Below are positions 47,675 through 57,613 of a stretch of DNA of 64,000 nt, piece after piece. Position numbers and translations under genes: made by a program. How positions within the stretch are numbered: position 1 is the first letter of the stretch; each line of letters opens with the position of its first letter. Origin of the DNA: Candidatus Babeliales bacterium (GTDB lineage: Bacteria > Babelota > Babeliae > Babelales > JANWKD01); the NCBI GenBank assembly GCA_963762115.1, contig CAVXJH010000003.1:160001-224000 (forward strand), given 5' to 3'. The notes beneath the pieces are model-generated. The model did no database searches and was not told where the DNA came from. It saw nothing but the letters and a program-made list of their open reading frames with translations.

Positions 47675-50600
47675 ATGAAATTTTTAAACTGTTCTTGGTT
47701 AAAAATAATGTTTGTCGGTGCGCTACTTGCAGTGCCTTTTTTTGGTGTTGAAGATAATTTTGCTATGGAAGGTGAAATTATTGGTCGATTGGTTTCAGAA
47801 GGTTTAGAAGAAGGTGTTGCGCAGGGAATTGGTCGTGCTGCACAAGAAGGATTTGCCTTTGGCGCAGAAGAATTTGCGCAAAAAGGCTTAAGTGAAGGTG
47901 TTGAGGGCGCTTTGAATTCCAGTATCAAAGAAGGTCTTCAAGCTTTAGAGGGAGATATTGCGAAATTTAAAGCGGGTACAATTTCGATTGAAGAATTAAA
48001 ACAATCAGCAGCTACTGTTTTTGGTGAACAGAAAGGGAATTTTCTTAAAAATGCATCTAATGCTTTAGAAAAACAAGGAAGTTTTACTCAATTTGATAAG
48101 GCGCTTTTGGAAGGTAAACTTCCTGAGGGTTCATTTGCCAAATTTGGCGAACTGAAGCCACGTGCACTTGCCGAACAAGGAAATGTGTTAAAAGTAGAAA
48201 TAGTAAAAGGTACTCCTGATGCGCAAATTAGTGAATCTTTGGTGAAAGAAGATGCTGTTGACGTTGCGCAAAATGAGGTAACGGCGGCTAAAAATGCTGG
48301 TGGGTCATCCGAAGAAATTGCAGCAAAAGAAGGTGACTTAAAAACAGCAAAAAATGATTTGGCTGCAGATCAAAAAGTGCGAGCAAATGAAAGAGAAACA
48401 AAAGTAACTAAGGCAAAATCAGACCTAGATGCAGCGCAGAAAGAATTTGATGAAGCAACCTCGATAAAAGGAAAAAAAGAAGCTGGTGATAAATTAACTA
48501 AAGCTAATGAAAAACTTAATAAAACTAAAATTGAATATGAAGAATCATTAAAAGAAAAAGTAGCTGATGAAAAGTTAACGTATAAGCAAGAGCATGATAT
48601 TGCAAAAGAAGAGTATAAAAATGCTAAAACGGCAAAGGATACAGCAGACACTGAACTTAAACAAGCTAAACAAGAGTTAAAAGATGCCAATAACATACAA
48701 CCAAAAGATCAAGCAAAAATTGATGAAGCCCAAGCAAAAGTGAAAGAAAAGACGGCTGATTATGAACAATCGGGCAGAAATGTTGAAGAGGCACAAAAGA
48801 ATCTTATTGAAAAAGAAAATCAAGTATTAGAAAAATCTGATATTTTTAAAAATAAATGGGAAAAAACAAAGATCTTTGGCACAAAAGGTAAACGTGGTGC
48901 TTGGGAAATGGTGAAGGGAATTCCAGCATCGTTATACAATAAAGCACTCTTTATGGTTGATCAAATGTGGATAAGTATTCTTTTTGGTGCGCCAAATATG
49001 CTTATTGAGGGTTATAACTCTGCTATGGCCAAGAAAAAATTATTAGAAACAAAAGAAAGTTTTCAAAGATGGGGATATACGTGGCTTAAAATTCCAGGTT
49101 TTTGGATTAACAAAGAAGATCCGGCTAACTCACTGAATATCTATGTTGGTGTGCCAAATGATGGGTTCCCTATTACTGATACTTTCTTGCAGACTGCAAA
49201 TTACTATGTGGTGAAAAGTGATTATACCCCTTGGGGTAGTTCTTCTATTTTTGATAATATTTCCGATATGGTTCATTTAAACACCGGTTTTGTTTTTGTG
49301 AGCGATGGTCAGGCTGCAGATCTAAATGCTCCTACAATGCCTTTTATAGATGAAAAAAAACCTGAAAATGGTTTAATCTATCAATTGGATGCATTGGCTG
49401 GAAAAGCTTCTGCGGGTGTAAAAACTCAAGGTATTGAATATTATGTTGATGATTATGAGGCTGGTTACCAAGGTAATTTTAAAGTAGCTAATTTATTTAA
49501 AACGGTTGGTGTGCCATCTATAACTAATTTTCCTCCATTGCTTATGCCAACAGTTAAAGCATTACAAGATGGTTTAAGCTTTGGTATTGATAAAACAGGA
49601 AAAGCGCTTTATTTGGTACAAGGTTTTAGAGGATTTAATAAATCAGAACAAAACAATGGTAAAAACATTATGGCGGCATTAAGAGGTGACTCTACTATTG
49701 AGAGTGCGCCTGAAGCGGCTAGAGATGAAAACTATGTTATACAAGGTGTTTATATTTATCAAACAAAAGATACACCAATTGTTGATTTGGTCAAAAAGCA
49801 AATTGCTGCTGATGATGCTGAAAAACAGTTGTTATTGGATGCGATTACTGATTATGTGGTGATGCTTGATAGCAGCAATAATATTGTTCCTTTGATGACG
49901 CCTCAGCCGATGGTGTTGCCTGCTGGTTCAAAAGATTCTGCGTTTGTACATTATGCACTTAATCCGCAAATTGATAAAATGAAAAGTCTTGTTGATGGCA
50001 GCAGTAGTGCTTATGATGCTCATGGTGGCATTGAAAATAATGTAGCACTTCCTGCAGATCTTTCTGCGCCAAAAGCGGTTGCTGATCAAATTCAAGCAAT
50101 GCAAACATTCTTTAACACAAAAATCAAATATGGGCCATTCAAATATAACGGTACCATTTTAACGATTGATAAAACGCTTGCTGATGCAAATATTTTTGCG
50201 TATAAAGCTGCAGGATTCTTGGAAGGTGGCTTTGATGATTATTTTGTCGCCTTAGAAGCAATGAAAGATGAGAAAACCGGCAAAACAGTATTAGTTGCTG
50301 CTTCATTGCCTTCAAATGGCATTGTTTATTTTGTTAGTTTAGTAACATCGCGTTTTTATGATAAAAATTTGCAACCATATGCACCGCCGGTTGCACCGAA
50401 TTTAAGAGATTATTATATAAAAGATAACAATGTTGCAACAGGAAAACCTGATGATGCTACTTTACCACAAGCAAAAGCGGCGTTATATACCTTATTTGTT
50501 CAGGGCGAATATAACCCAAGTCCAAAACCGGCAAATTTTGTGGGTTCTTTACCCGTGAAGCCTTATTGGGCGCTTGATTCATCGATGTTTAATCTGCAAG

Positions 50601-53600
50601 GTATTAGTCCAATCAGTAAGGCATTAACAGATTTAAAACAGACAACATTACTTGCAGCAATTAAAACGGCACATGAAAATTGGATTACTGTGCTTGATGT
50701 TTCTGATCCTGGCGCTTTATCCAAAAAAATGGGGCCTTTTGATTTCACCACAGGGGCTATTGAGAATGTTCGTTTGCGAGCGTTGAATGCATCGGCTCTT
50801 AAACTTGGGTATTATATCTATACTTCAGGTCGTTATCCGGATGAGTTTTTAGTGGTTTCAAAAAATGAAACGGGAACTGATGGCGTTGGTGAAGAATTTG
50901 GTGATCAACAATATTTGATTAGCCTTTCAAATGGTAATGTGTATGATGCACAAGCAAATGGTAATGCTCGTACGCCAATTAAGAATATTGATTCGTTAAT
51001 GAAAACATTAGCATTAAATAATGCTGGTGTTGATAGTCGTATTGCTCATGAGCAAACAACATTGAATACTCTTAAGAGGACCACACAAGCGGATACAAAA
51101 ATCAAAGCGGCTGATAAACAAGCAAAAATTAAAACTATTGATGCGCAAATTGCTTCTATACCAACACAAAAAGCTGCATTGTATGCTATGGTGAATACCA
51201 TTGAGCAATCGCAAGTTGGTTATAATCGTTCAATGATGAATAATCTGTATAGTGATGATCTGACTTTTGGTGGTAGACAATTATATCTGTCAAAAGAATC
51301 ATATCTTGCTGGTCAATATATTTATGCTGATGTAACGGGTCTTGGTGATCCTTTAGATGCAAATGGAAAAGAAATAAAGGCGGTGACTGATCAAATTAAA
51401 GATTATTATGTTACGTATGAAGAAGGTCCAATAAATGTCGATACGGGTAAGCCTGATCCAGAAAATATTATTGCAAATCAACTCAATAAAAATACTACAC
51501 GAATAATAAGTCTTATTTCTGGTGGTGAATTTGATCGTGGTGGTGCCTTTGTTAGATCATATCAAACGATTACAATTGCTGATAAAACTACTTCTGATTT
51601 AATGGATTTTGTTAAAAAGATATTTGATATTATTAAAGCGCGCATGGATAAAGAAGGACGGCCACAAACGATTATATTACTAGGCAAAATACAACCATTG
51701 CTTGATGTGCAATATGCTGCAGTGAAAAAAGAATTGGATGCCATAGCAGAAGCTAAGAAAAATGCACTTGATCAGTACCCATCAGAATCTAATCTTGCAT
51801 CGAATCTTTTTGCAAGAAAAGATCCGTCAGATTTTTCTTCCAAAGATGTTGTACCGTATGTTGAGCAAAGTCCGGCATTATTACCACGGTATTTAAAACA
51901 AGTAACCAAAGGGAGCAAATATTATTTTGTTGCGCCTCCTGCATCAGATCCTGAGAGTGATTCTGGTAAAAAATATGAAGCAAGTCGTGCATTTATCGAT
52001 TACGATATTGATGCAAAAGATCATATCGGTCCAAATGCAAAAGGTATGATGTATGATCGTAGTGGTAAACCGCTGCAATTATTGACTGGTTGGATGTTAA
52101 ATAGTATGCGTGCTTATGCAGGACTTCTTATTGATGCAAGTGGAAAACAAAGTCTCGGCATTGGCGTTGAACATCCTTCATTGCCATTAACGGTGGTAAG
52201 AAACGGAAAAACAGAAAATGTTATGATTGATACGGGTATTAAAATCCCTGCTGATAAAGGAGCAACATTTACCGCTTATTATAATACACAAATTGATAAT
52301 TACTTTGTGCAAATTACCACAAAGCTATCAAATTACTTCATTGATTTAACAGCCGGTTATGGTTACAACCTTGATGGAACGCCGCGTTGGTATGAAGCAC
52401 CACTATTTACTGATGATAAAGGTGAAGTGTTGTTGGTTGGTACTGATAGTTTTGGGCTTAAAAAAGTTGCTTTCAAAAAACAAGGAGCAACAAAATATCT
52501 TATTTATAATCAAATGGTGAGCTTTGGTGATCTTGCTTCCTATCAAACAACTGATGAGTTGGGAAATCCAATTACTAAAAACTATATTGCTACTTCAGGC
52601 AGTGTTAAATTTCCAGAATATGGTAATGCGCAAGGTTCTTATTTCACTATGTTGAGTGACAGTTTTGGTGATCAAGGTGCGGCACCTGTTTCAACAGCAG
52701 GAGGAGAGCCAACATTGCAAGAATTACGTATAGGGTATGCTTATTTAGATCAAACAGGCAATCAATTGACGGCACCATTTTATGTTGTATGGGATCAAGT
52801 GCAAGTGGATAATCCTGGCTATGATACCTCCAAAGACGAAGGTTTTCAAAATCCTAAATATTTGGTGAAAACAAAATTGGTTGGTAAATTTATTCAAAGT
52901 CCAACAATGAAATTCTCATTGTTAAATTATGTGCAAACGCGTAATTCAGCTGGAAGTTTAGCAGGAACTTATAAGCCCGAAGATTTTTATAATTTCCCCC
53001 GTGGTGCGTGCGATCCAACTGATAGTGCTTGTATCAAAACACCAAAAGTTGTTGGGATTCTTTTCACCGTTGAATCAATAACTGGTAAGCAAGTAATCAA
53101 AGAACTTTTCTATGAAAATCAACGATGTGCGCTTACGCTTAAATCAAAAGATGCGTATTCAAGTTCCTATCAAGATGCAACAGGAAAAATTAAACCAATT
53201 ACGGTTAAACTTGAAAGTTCGCAACAAAAAGATTCACCGCTATCTGCTCATTGGCTAAGCATTACTGATGGCGCAAAAATTCTTGATTTTGCCCATGAAT
53301 CAATGGTTTGGGATACTTCACCGATGCGCTCTGATATGCCAGAAACAACAAATCTTGATTATAGAAAACGAAGAACATGGCAATTAAATGTGAGTAATTT
53401 TATAACCAATGCTGCTCTTTCGGCGAATTTTCCTGGTATTCACACCAATGCATTAGCAACAAGTCTTAATGCGGGAGTTCAAGGAGTTAATTTTGAGAGT
53501 CTTGTTGGTTGTAAGGTTTCTGATAGTATCAAAGCAGAAATTAATTTTGGCTTGAAAGCAATATCTGTTGATATGGCAGGTAACCTTTATCTCCCTCATG

Positions 53601-53935
53601 TGCCAAGTGCAAAAAAAGAAAGTCCTGTGGTGAAACGATACGTGTATACTTTTGGCAAAAATGTGCTTGAGAAAAATCTTTCATTCTATGATCCAGGCTT
53701 GGATGGTTGGTCGGTAGATTTAAATAATGGTATTTTATATGAACCGGCAACACCAAGATTTGGTTCGTATCCTATTGGAGTTGCTTTACATCCAGATGCG
53801 CTTGCTGAATTACTTGGTTCATTGCGATTATATGTTGATCGTGATTTACAAGGTAATCCAAAAGGATTGGGTATTGCAAATTGTCGTGATGAGTTAAAAC
53901 CAGCACCAACAACGAAGTCAGCTTTAAAACGTTAG
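47675..53935 (+). CDS. Giant (about 2090 aa) secreted protein with coiled coil and repeated beta-rich domains
   Basis: Uninterrupted ORF; GGGGAG then MKFLNCSW signal peptide; K/E/A-rich heptads at about aa 205-410; recurring SL..G..YD..G motif. Confidence 0.85.
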   Translation: MKFLNCSWLKIMFVGALLAVPFFGVEDNFAMEGEIIGRLVSEGLEEGVAQGIGRAAQEGFAFGAEEFAQKGLSEGVEGALNSSIKEGLQALEGDIAKFKAGTISIEELKQSAATVFGEQKGNFLKNASNALEKQGSFTQFDKALLEGKLPEGSFAKFGELKPRALAEQGNVLKVEIVKGTPDAQISESLVKEDAVDVAQNEVTAAKNAGGSSEEIAAKEGDLKTAKNDLAADQKVRANERETKVTKAKSDLDAAQKEFDEATSIKGKKEAGDKLTKANEKLNKTKIEYEESLKEKVADEKLTYKQEHDIAKEEYKNAKTAKDTADTELKQAKQELKDANNIQPKDQAKIDEAQAKVKEKTADYEQSGRNVEEAQKNLIEKENQVLEKSDIFKNKWEKTKIFGTKGKRGAWEMVKGIPASLYNKALFMVDQMWISILFGAPNMLIEGYNSAMAKKKLLETKESFQRWGYTWLKIPGFWINKEDPANSLNIYVGVPNDGFPITDTFLQTANYYVVKSDYTPWGSSSIFDNISDMVHLNTGFVFVSDGQAADLNAPTMPFIDEKKPENGLIYQLDALAGKASAGVKTQGIEYYVDDYEAGYQGNFKVANLFKTVGVPSITNFPPLLMPTVKALQDGLSFGIDKTGKALYLVQGFRGFNKSEQNNGKNIMAALRGDSTIESAPEAARDENYVIQGVYIYQTKDTPIVDLVKKQIAADDAEKQLLLDAITDYVVMLDSSNNIVPLMTPQPMVLPAGSKDSAFVHYALNPQIDKMKSLVDGSSSAYDAHGGIENNVALPADLSAPKAVADQIQAMQTFFNTKIKYGPFKYNGTILTIDKTLADANIFAYKAAGFLEGGFDDYFVALEAMKDEKTGKTVLVAASLPSNGIVYFVSLVTSRFYDKNLQPYAPPVAPNLRDYYIKDNNVATGKPDDATLPQAKAALYTLFVQGEYNPSPKPANFVGSLPVKPYWALDSSMFNLQGISPISKALTDLKQTTLLAAIKTAHENWITVLDVSDPGALSKKMGPFDFTTGAIENVRLRALNASALKLGYYIYTSGRYPDEFLVVSKNETGTDGVGEEFGDQQYLISLSNGNVYDAQANGNARTPIKNIDSLMKTLALNNAGVDSRIAHEQTTLNTLKRTTQADTKIKAADKQAKIKTIDAQIASIPTQKAALYAMVNTIEQSQVGYNRSMMNNLYSDDLTFGGRQLYLSKESYLAGQYIYADVTGLGDPLDANGKEIKAVTDQIKDYYVTYEEGPINVDTGKPDPENIIANQLNKNTTRIISLISGGEFDRGGAFVRSYQTITIADKTTSDLMDFVKKIFDIIKARMDKEGRPQTIILLGKIQPLLDVQYAAVKKELDAIAEAKKNALDQYPSESNLASNLFARKDPSDFSSKDVVPYVEQSPALLPRYLKQVTKGSKYYFVAPPASDPESDSGKKYEASRAFIDYDIDAKDHIGPNAKGMMYDRSGKPLQLLTGWMLNSMRAYAGLLIDASGKQSLGIGVEHPSLPLTVVRNGKTENVMIDTGIKIPADKGATFTAYYNTQIDNYFVQITTKLSNYFIDLTAGYGYNLDGTPRWYEAPLFTDDKGEVLLVGTDSFGLKKVAFKKQGATKYLIYNQMVSFGDLASYQTTDELGNPITKNYIATSGSVKFPEYGNAQGSYFTMLSDSFGDQGAAPVSTAGGEPTLQELRIGYAYLDQTGNQLTAPFYVVWDQVQVDNPGYDTSKDEGFQNPKYLVKTKLVGKFIQSPTMKFSLLNYVQTRNSAGSLAGTYKPEDFYNFPRGACDPTDSACIKTPKVVGILFTVESITGKQVIKELFYENQRCALTLKSKDAYSSSYQDATGKIKPITVKLESSQQKDSPLSAHWLSITDGAKILDFAHESMVWDTSPMRSDMPETTNLDYRKRRTWQLNVSNFITNAALSANFPGIHTNALATSLNAGVQGVNFESLVGCKVSDSIKAEINFGLKAISVDMAGNLYLPHVPSAKKESPVVKRYVYTFGKNVLEKNLSFYDPGLDGWSVDLNNGILYEPATPRFGSYPIGVALHPDALAELLGSLRLYVDRDLQGNPKGLGIANCRDELKPAPTTKSALKR

Positions 53936-53940
53936 AACAG

Positions 53941-53978
53941 TGTGGGGAGATGGAAATTATTATTTCTGTCTCCCCACA
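53941..53978. terminator. Long hairpin just after the giant ORF
   Basis: TGTGGGGAGATGGAAAT-TATT-ATTTCTGTCTCCCCACA; no strong T-tail. Confidence 0.55.
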
Positions 53979-54097
53979 GAATATCATAGTTCTTTTTACC
54001 ATAAGTTCCGTTATACTAGAACGCGATAAGTTAAAATAATGTAACGTGAATTCGATGTATCAAATTAGTGATTTGCAAATGACTAAAATAACCAAAG

Positions 54098-54325
54098 TGT
54101 CATTGCGAGGAGCAATTGCGACGTGGCAACCCAGATTATAATGTTCTAATAAATAAGACTGCTTAATCTGTTGTGAAAAATTTTCAGCACAAAAATAATA
54201 AGAAAAATAAATAGAATTTTATATGCTGGATCCTCCTACGTCAAGACTTCGGAGGACAGGTCCCCACTAGACCCTTCGTAGCTTTAGCGTAGTAGGGCCA
54301 CGGCACAATGTGCCTCGGGAAGACA
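54098..54325. repeat. Inverted TGTC dimer (reverse polarity); right arm carries two nested hairpin modules
   Basis: Left TGTCATTGCGAG..CGTGGCAACCCAGATTATAATGTTCTA; inserts at 54231-54260 and 54268-54301. Confidence 0.9.
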
Positions 54326-54399
54326 TTTGTGTTTATCTTAGTTGCGGTAAAATTATTTATTGGTATATCGAATTTGGTTCATCACCATAAGGACATGTC

Positions 54400-55911
54400 A
54401 TGGTAAAAATACAACTTACTGATACGCCTTTGTTAGAAACAAAGACATCAGCAACCATTTTCTTTTTAGAACAAGATTTTAATGCACAGGTGCTTGAGAA
54501 GATAGCACAAAAATATTTTCCTGATTTAACAGAATATATGCAAGAATCAGAATTTACTGGCAAAGCAACGAATCTTTTAGCCGTGCCGAGTTCGGTTAAT
54601 AAAAAAGTCCATACACTTTTTTTTGCGGGCTTAGGGAAGCAACACGATACTAAGGCAATTGATATTGAAGTATATCGACGCTCACTAGGGCGCGTTATCA
54701 AAGCATTGCAAAGTAAAAAAATTGCAAAAGCGGCGATGAGTTTACCGTCGGCAGCATTATTTGGTGTTTCAGATGACTATTTAGCACGAGAAACCATTAT
54801 TATTGCCAATATGGCAGCATATCGTTTTGATGAATTTATTACCGATCCAGAGCGCAAAGTAAATCAAAATATTGATCTTGAATGTACTATTGATGCACAT
54901 GATAAAAAAGCAGTTGAACGCGGTTTGAAAACAGGCGCAATTATTGCACACTCAGTTAATCGTGCGCGTCATTGGATTGATTTGCCACCCATTGCATTAC
55001 CACCAATTGCCTTAGCCGATAAAGCAGTTGCCATTGCAAAAGAACATAATCTTGCCATTACGGTGTTTGGTGAACAAGAAATCATAAAAATGGGCATGGG
55101 CGGCCTCGCAGCAGTTTCGGCTGGATCTGAACAAGATTGTAAGTTGGTTGTTATGAAATATACAACAGACAAAAAAGATGCTCCAACTATCGCCTTTGTT
55201 GGTAAAGGAATTACGTTTGATTCTGGCGGGTTAAGTTTAAAACCAGCAGCTTCCATGGAAACAATGAAAGAAGATATGTCCGGCGCGGCAGCAGTCATTA
55301 GCGCAATGGAATCATTGGCACAATTAAAACCGGAAGTAAATATTATTGCCTTAACACCACTTTCAGAAAATTTACCAAGTGGTAAGGCAACAAAACCGGG
55401 TGATATTATACGTTTTTATAACGGTAAAACAGCTGAAGTACGCAATACTGATGCTGAAGGTCGTTTGATTTTAGCAGATGCGCTTTCATATGCAGTCAAG
55501 CAGTATAAGCCTGATGCAATTATTGATCTTGCAACGTTAACGGGTGCTTGCGCTTATGCTTTAGGGCCTTTTTTTAGTGGTATGATGTCACAGCATGAAG
55601 ATTTTGCACAAAAAGTAGAAAAAGCATCACACACTTCTGGTGACCGCGTGTGGGCATTGCCTTTTAATAATGATTATAAAGTAGCAATCAAGTCAGACGT
55701 TGCTGATATTTGTAACATTGGTAGCGGTAAATATAAAGCTGGCGCTATCACAGCAGGATTCTTCTTACAAAATTTTGTTGAAAATACGCCGTGGGTTCAC
55801 TTAGATATTGCAGGAACAGCCTTTGATGTACCTGACATTAGTTATTATTCAACGGGTGCCACTGGTGTTGGTGTGAGATTGCTTGTTGATCTTGCGATGG
55901 CATGGCAATAA
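54400..55911 (+). CDS. pepA: Leucyl aminopeptidase (M17)
   Basis: VGKGITFDSGG, MKEDM, NTDAEGRL, ATLTGA and HLDIAG motifs. Confidence 0.96.
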   Translation: MVKIQLTDTPLLETKTSATIFFLEQDFNAQVLEKIAQKYFPDLTEYMQESEFTGKATNLLAVPSSVNKKVHTLFFAGLGKQHDTKAIDIEVYRRSLGRVIKALQSKKIAKAAMSLPSAALFGVSDDYLARETIIIANMAAYRFDEFITDPERKVNQNIDLECTIDAHDKKAVERGLKTGAIIAHSVNRARHWIDLPPIALPPIALADKAVAIAKEHNLAITVFGEQEIIKMGMGGLAAVSAGSEQDCKLVVMKYTTDKKDAPTIAFVGKGITFDSGGLSLKPAASMETMKEDMSGAAAVISAMESLAQLKPEVNIIALTPLSENLPSGKATKPGDIIRFYNGKTAEVRNTDAEGRLILADALSYAVKQYKPDAIIDLATLTGACAYALGPFFSGMMSQHEDFAQKVEKASHTSGDRVWALPFNNDYKVAIKSDVADICNIGSGKYKAGAITAGFFLQNFVENTPWVHLDIAGTAFDVPDISYYSTGATGVGVRLLVDLAMAWQ

Positions 55912-55934
55912 AGAGAAATTAATTATTATTGTTA

Positions 55935-55973
55935 AGGCGCGAAAGAAAATAATTTTTCTTTCGCGCCTCTTTT
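55935..55973 (+). terminator. Intrinsic terminator
   Basis: AGGCGCGAAAGAAAA-loop-TTTTCTTTCGCGCCT-CTTTT after pepA. Confidence 0.8.
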
Positions 55974-56028
55974 CTTGCATCACCTATTTCTCTTTATGTA
56001 TAGTCATATAACAAAAGGGAAAATAATC

Positions 56029-56703
56029 ATGAATAAAAATTATATTTTTGTATTAGTTCTTTGTTTGGGTGTGTTTCTTGTGGAGGGAATCAGGATGCCG
56101 ACTAAAAAAAAATCTTTAGCAACCTATACAAAAAAGCGCGATTTTACTCTTACGCCAGAACCTTCAGGAAAAAAAACAAAAAAATCAAAAGAACCAATCT
56201 TTGTGATGCAAAAGCATGATGCTTCACATTTGCATTATGATTTTCGTTTAGAAATTGATGGTGTGTTGGTTTCTTGGGCAATTCCAAAAGGTCCTTCAAC
56301 TGATCCTGAAGTAAAGCATTTAGCCGTTATGACGGAAGATCATCCTCTTGATTATGCAACGTTTGAGGGAACAATTCCTGCAGGTCAATATGGTGGAGGA
56401 ACCGTTATGGTATGGGATATTGGCACGTATGTGAATTTAAAACAAGAATATGGCATTTCGATGGAGCAAGCAGTTAAAAATGGCAAAATTGAAATTGAAT
56501 TGCACGGAAAAAAATTACAAGGTCCTTATGCACTCATTCGCACCAAACTTCATAATGACAAACGTAATTGGCTCTTTTTTAAAATGAAAGATAATGTTGT
56601 GCAAAAAAAGGTTATAAAAAATAAAGAAAAATCAGTTTTGACTAATCGCACTATGAAACAAATTGCGCAAGAAAAAACTAAAAAAAAGAGCGCCAATGAA
56701 TAA
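56029..56703 (+). CDS. LigD 3'-phosphoesterase domain (stand-alone)
   Basis: Y..KRDF..TPEP, FVMQKHDASHLHYDFRLE, SWAIPKGPS, TEDHP and YGGGTVMVWD motifs; start 56029 or 56095. Confidence 0.93.
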   Translation: MNKNYIFVLVLCLGVFLVEGIRMPTKKKSLATYTKKRDFTLTPEPSGKKTKKSKEPIFVMQKHDASHLHYDFRLEIDGVLVSWAIPKGPSTDPEVKHLAVMTEDHPLDYATFEGTIPAGQYGGGTVMVWDIGTYVNLKQEYGISMEQAVKNGKIEIELHGKKLQGPYALIRTKLHNDKRNWLFFKMKDNVVQKKVIKNKEKSVLTNRTMKQIAQEKTKKKSANE

Positions 56704-57613
56704 AGAGAATGCCGTTATCAAGGTTGATGGTTATTCAATTCAGGTCAGCTCTATTGAAAAAATATTATTTCCTGGCGAGGGAATCACTAAAGGTGATCTT
56801 ATTAACTATTATTATTCAATTGCACCGATTATGTTACCGTATGTCAATAAGCGACCAATCTCAATGCATCGTTATCCAAATGGTATTGATCATGAGGGTT
56901 TTTATCAAAAAAATGCGAGTGATTATTTCCCGGCATGGGTTACCAGAAAATCATTGAAAACAGAGCAGGGTGAAGTGGTGAACTATGTGGTGATTGATAA
57001 AAGAGCTACATTAGTCTATTTAGCTAATCAAGGATGCATTACGCCGCATAGTTGGTTGAGCAAAATTGATAAATTAGATTATCCCGATCGTATGATTTTT
57101 GATCTTGATCCTTCAGGAGAAAAGTTTGATTTTTCTCACATTCGTGCAACAGCTTTATCAATAAAAACAGTACTTGAAGAGTTGTCGTTAATACCTTTTG
57201 TTATGACCACCGGTTCGCGAGGCTTGCACGTTGTGGTGCCATTAAAACGCACGGAAGATTTTGATGATGTGCGTTCTTTTGCACGATCTATTGCTGAATA
57301 TTTAGTAAAGAATGATCCTAAAAATCTTACGATTGAAATAAATAAAAAAAAGCGCGGCAAAAAAATTTTTGTAGATTATTTACGTAATGCTTATAGTGCT
57401 ACCGGCGTTGCGCCATACGCAATCCGTGCACGGGCGCATGCTCCCGTGGCAACGCCACTTGATTGGGATGAAATTCATGATAGTACATTACGATCAGATC
57501 GTTATACTCTTGACACTGTTTTTGATCGATTGAATAAGCATGGTGATCCGTGGCATGGTATAACACGTTCTGCCCGATCGCTTAAAGCAGCGATGAAAAA
57601 ATTTCAGTGTTGA
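56696..57613 (+). CDS. LigD primase-polymerase domain (stand-alone PolDom)
   Basis: ITKGDL..YY, RYPNG, FYQKN, FDLDP, TGSRGLH and DYLRN motifs; ATG overlaps the upstream stop. Confidence 0.93.
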   Translation: MNKENAVIKVDGYSIQVSSIEKILFPGEGITKGDLINYYYSIAPIMLPYVNKRPISMHRYPNGIDHEGFYQKNASDYFPAWVTRKSLKTEQGEVVNYVVIDKRATLVYLANQGCITPHSWLSKIDKLDYPDRMIFDLDPSGEKFDFSHIRATALSIKTVLEELSLIPFVMTTGSRGLHVVVPLKRTEDFDDVRSFARSIAEYLVKNDPKNLTIEINKKKRGKKIFVDYLRNAYSATGVAPYAIRARAHAPVATPLDWDEIHDSTLRSDRYTLDTVFDRLNKHGDPWHGITRSARSLKAAMKKFQC

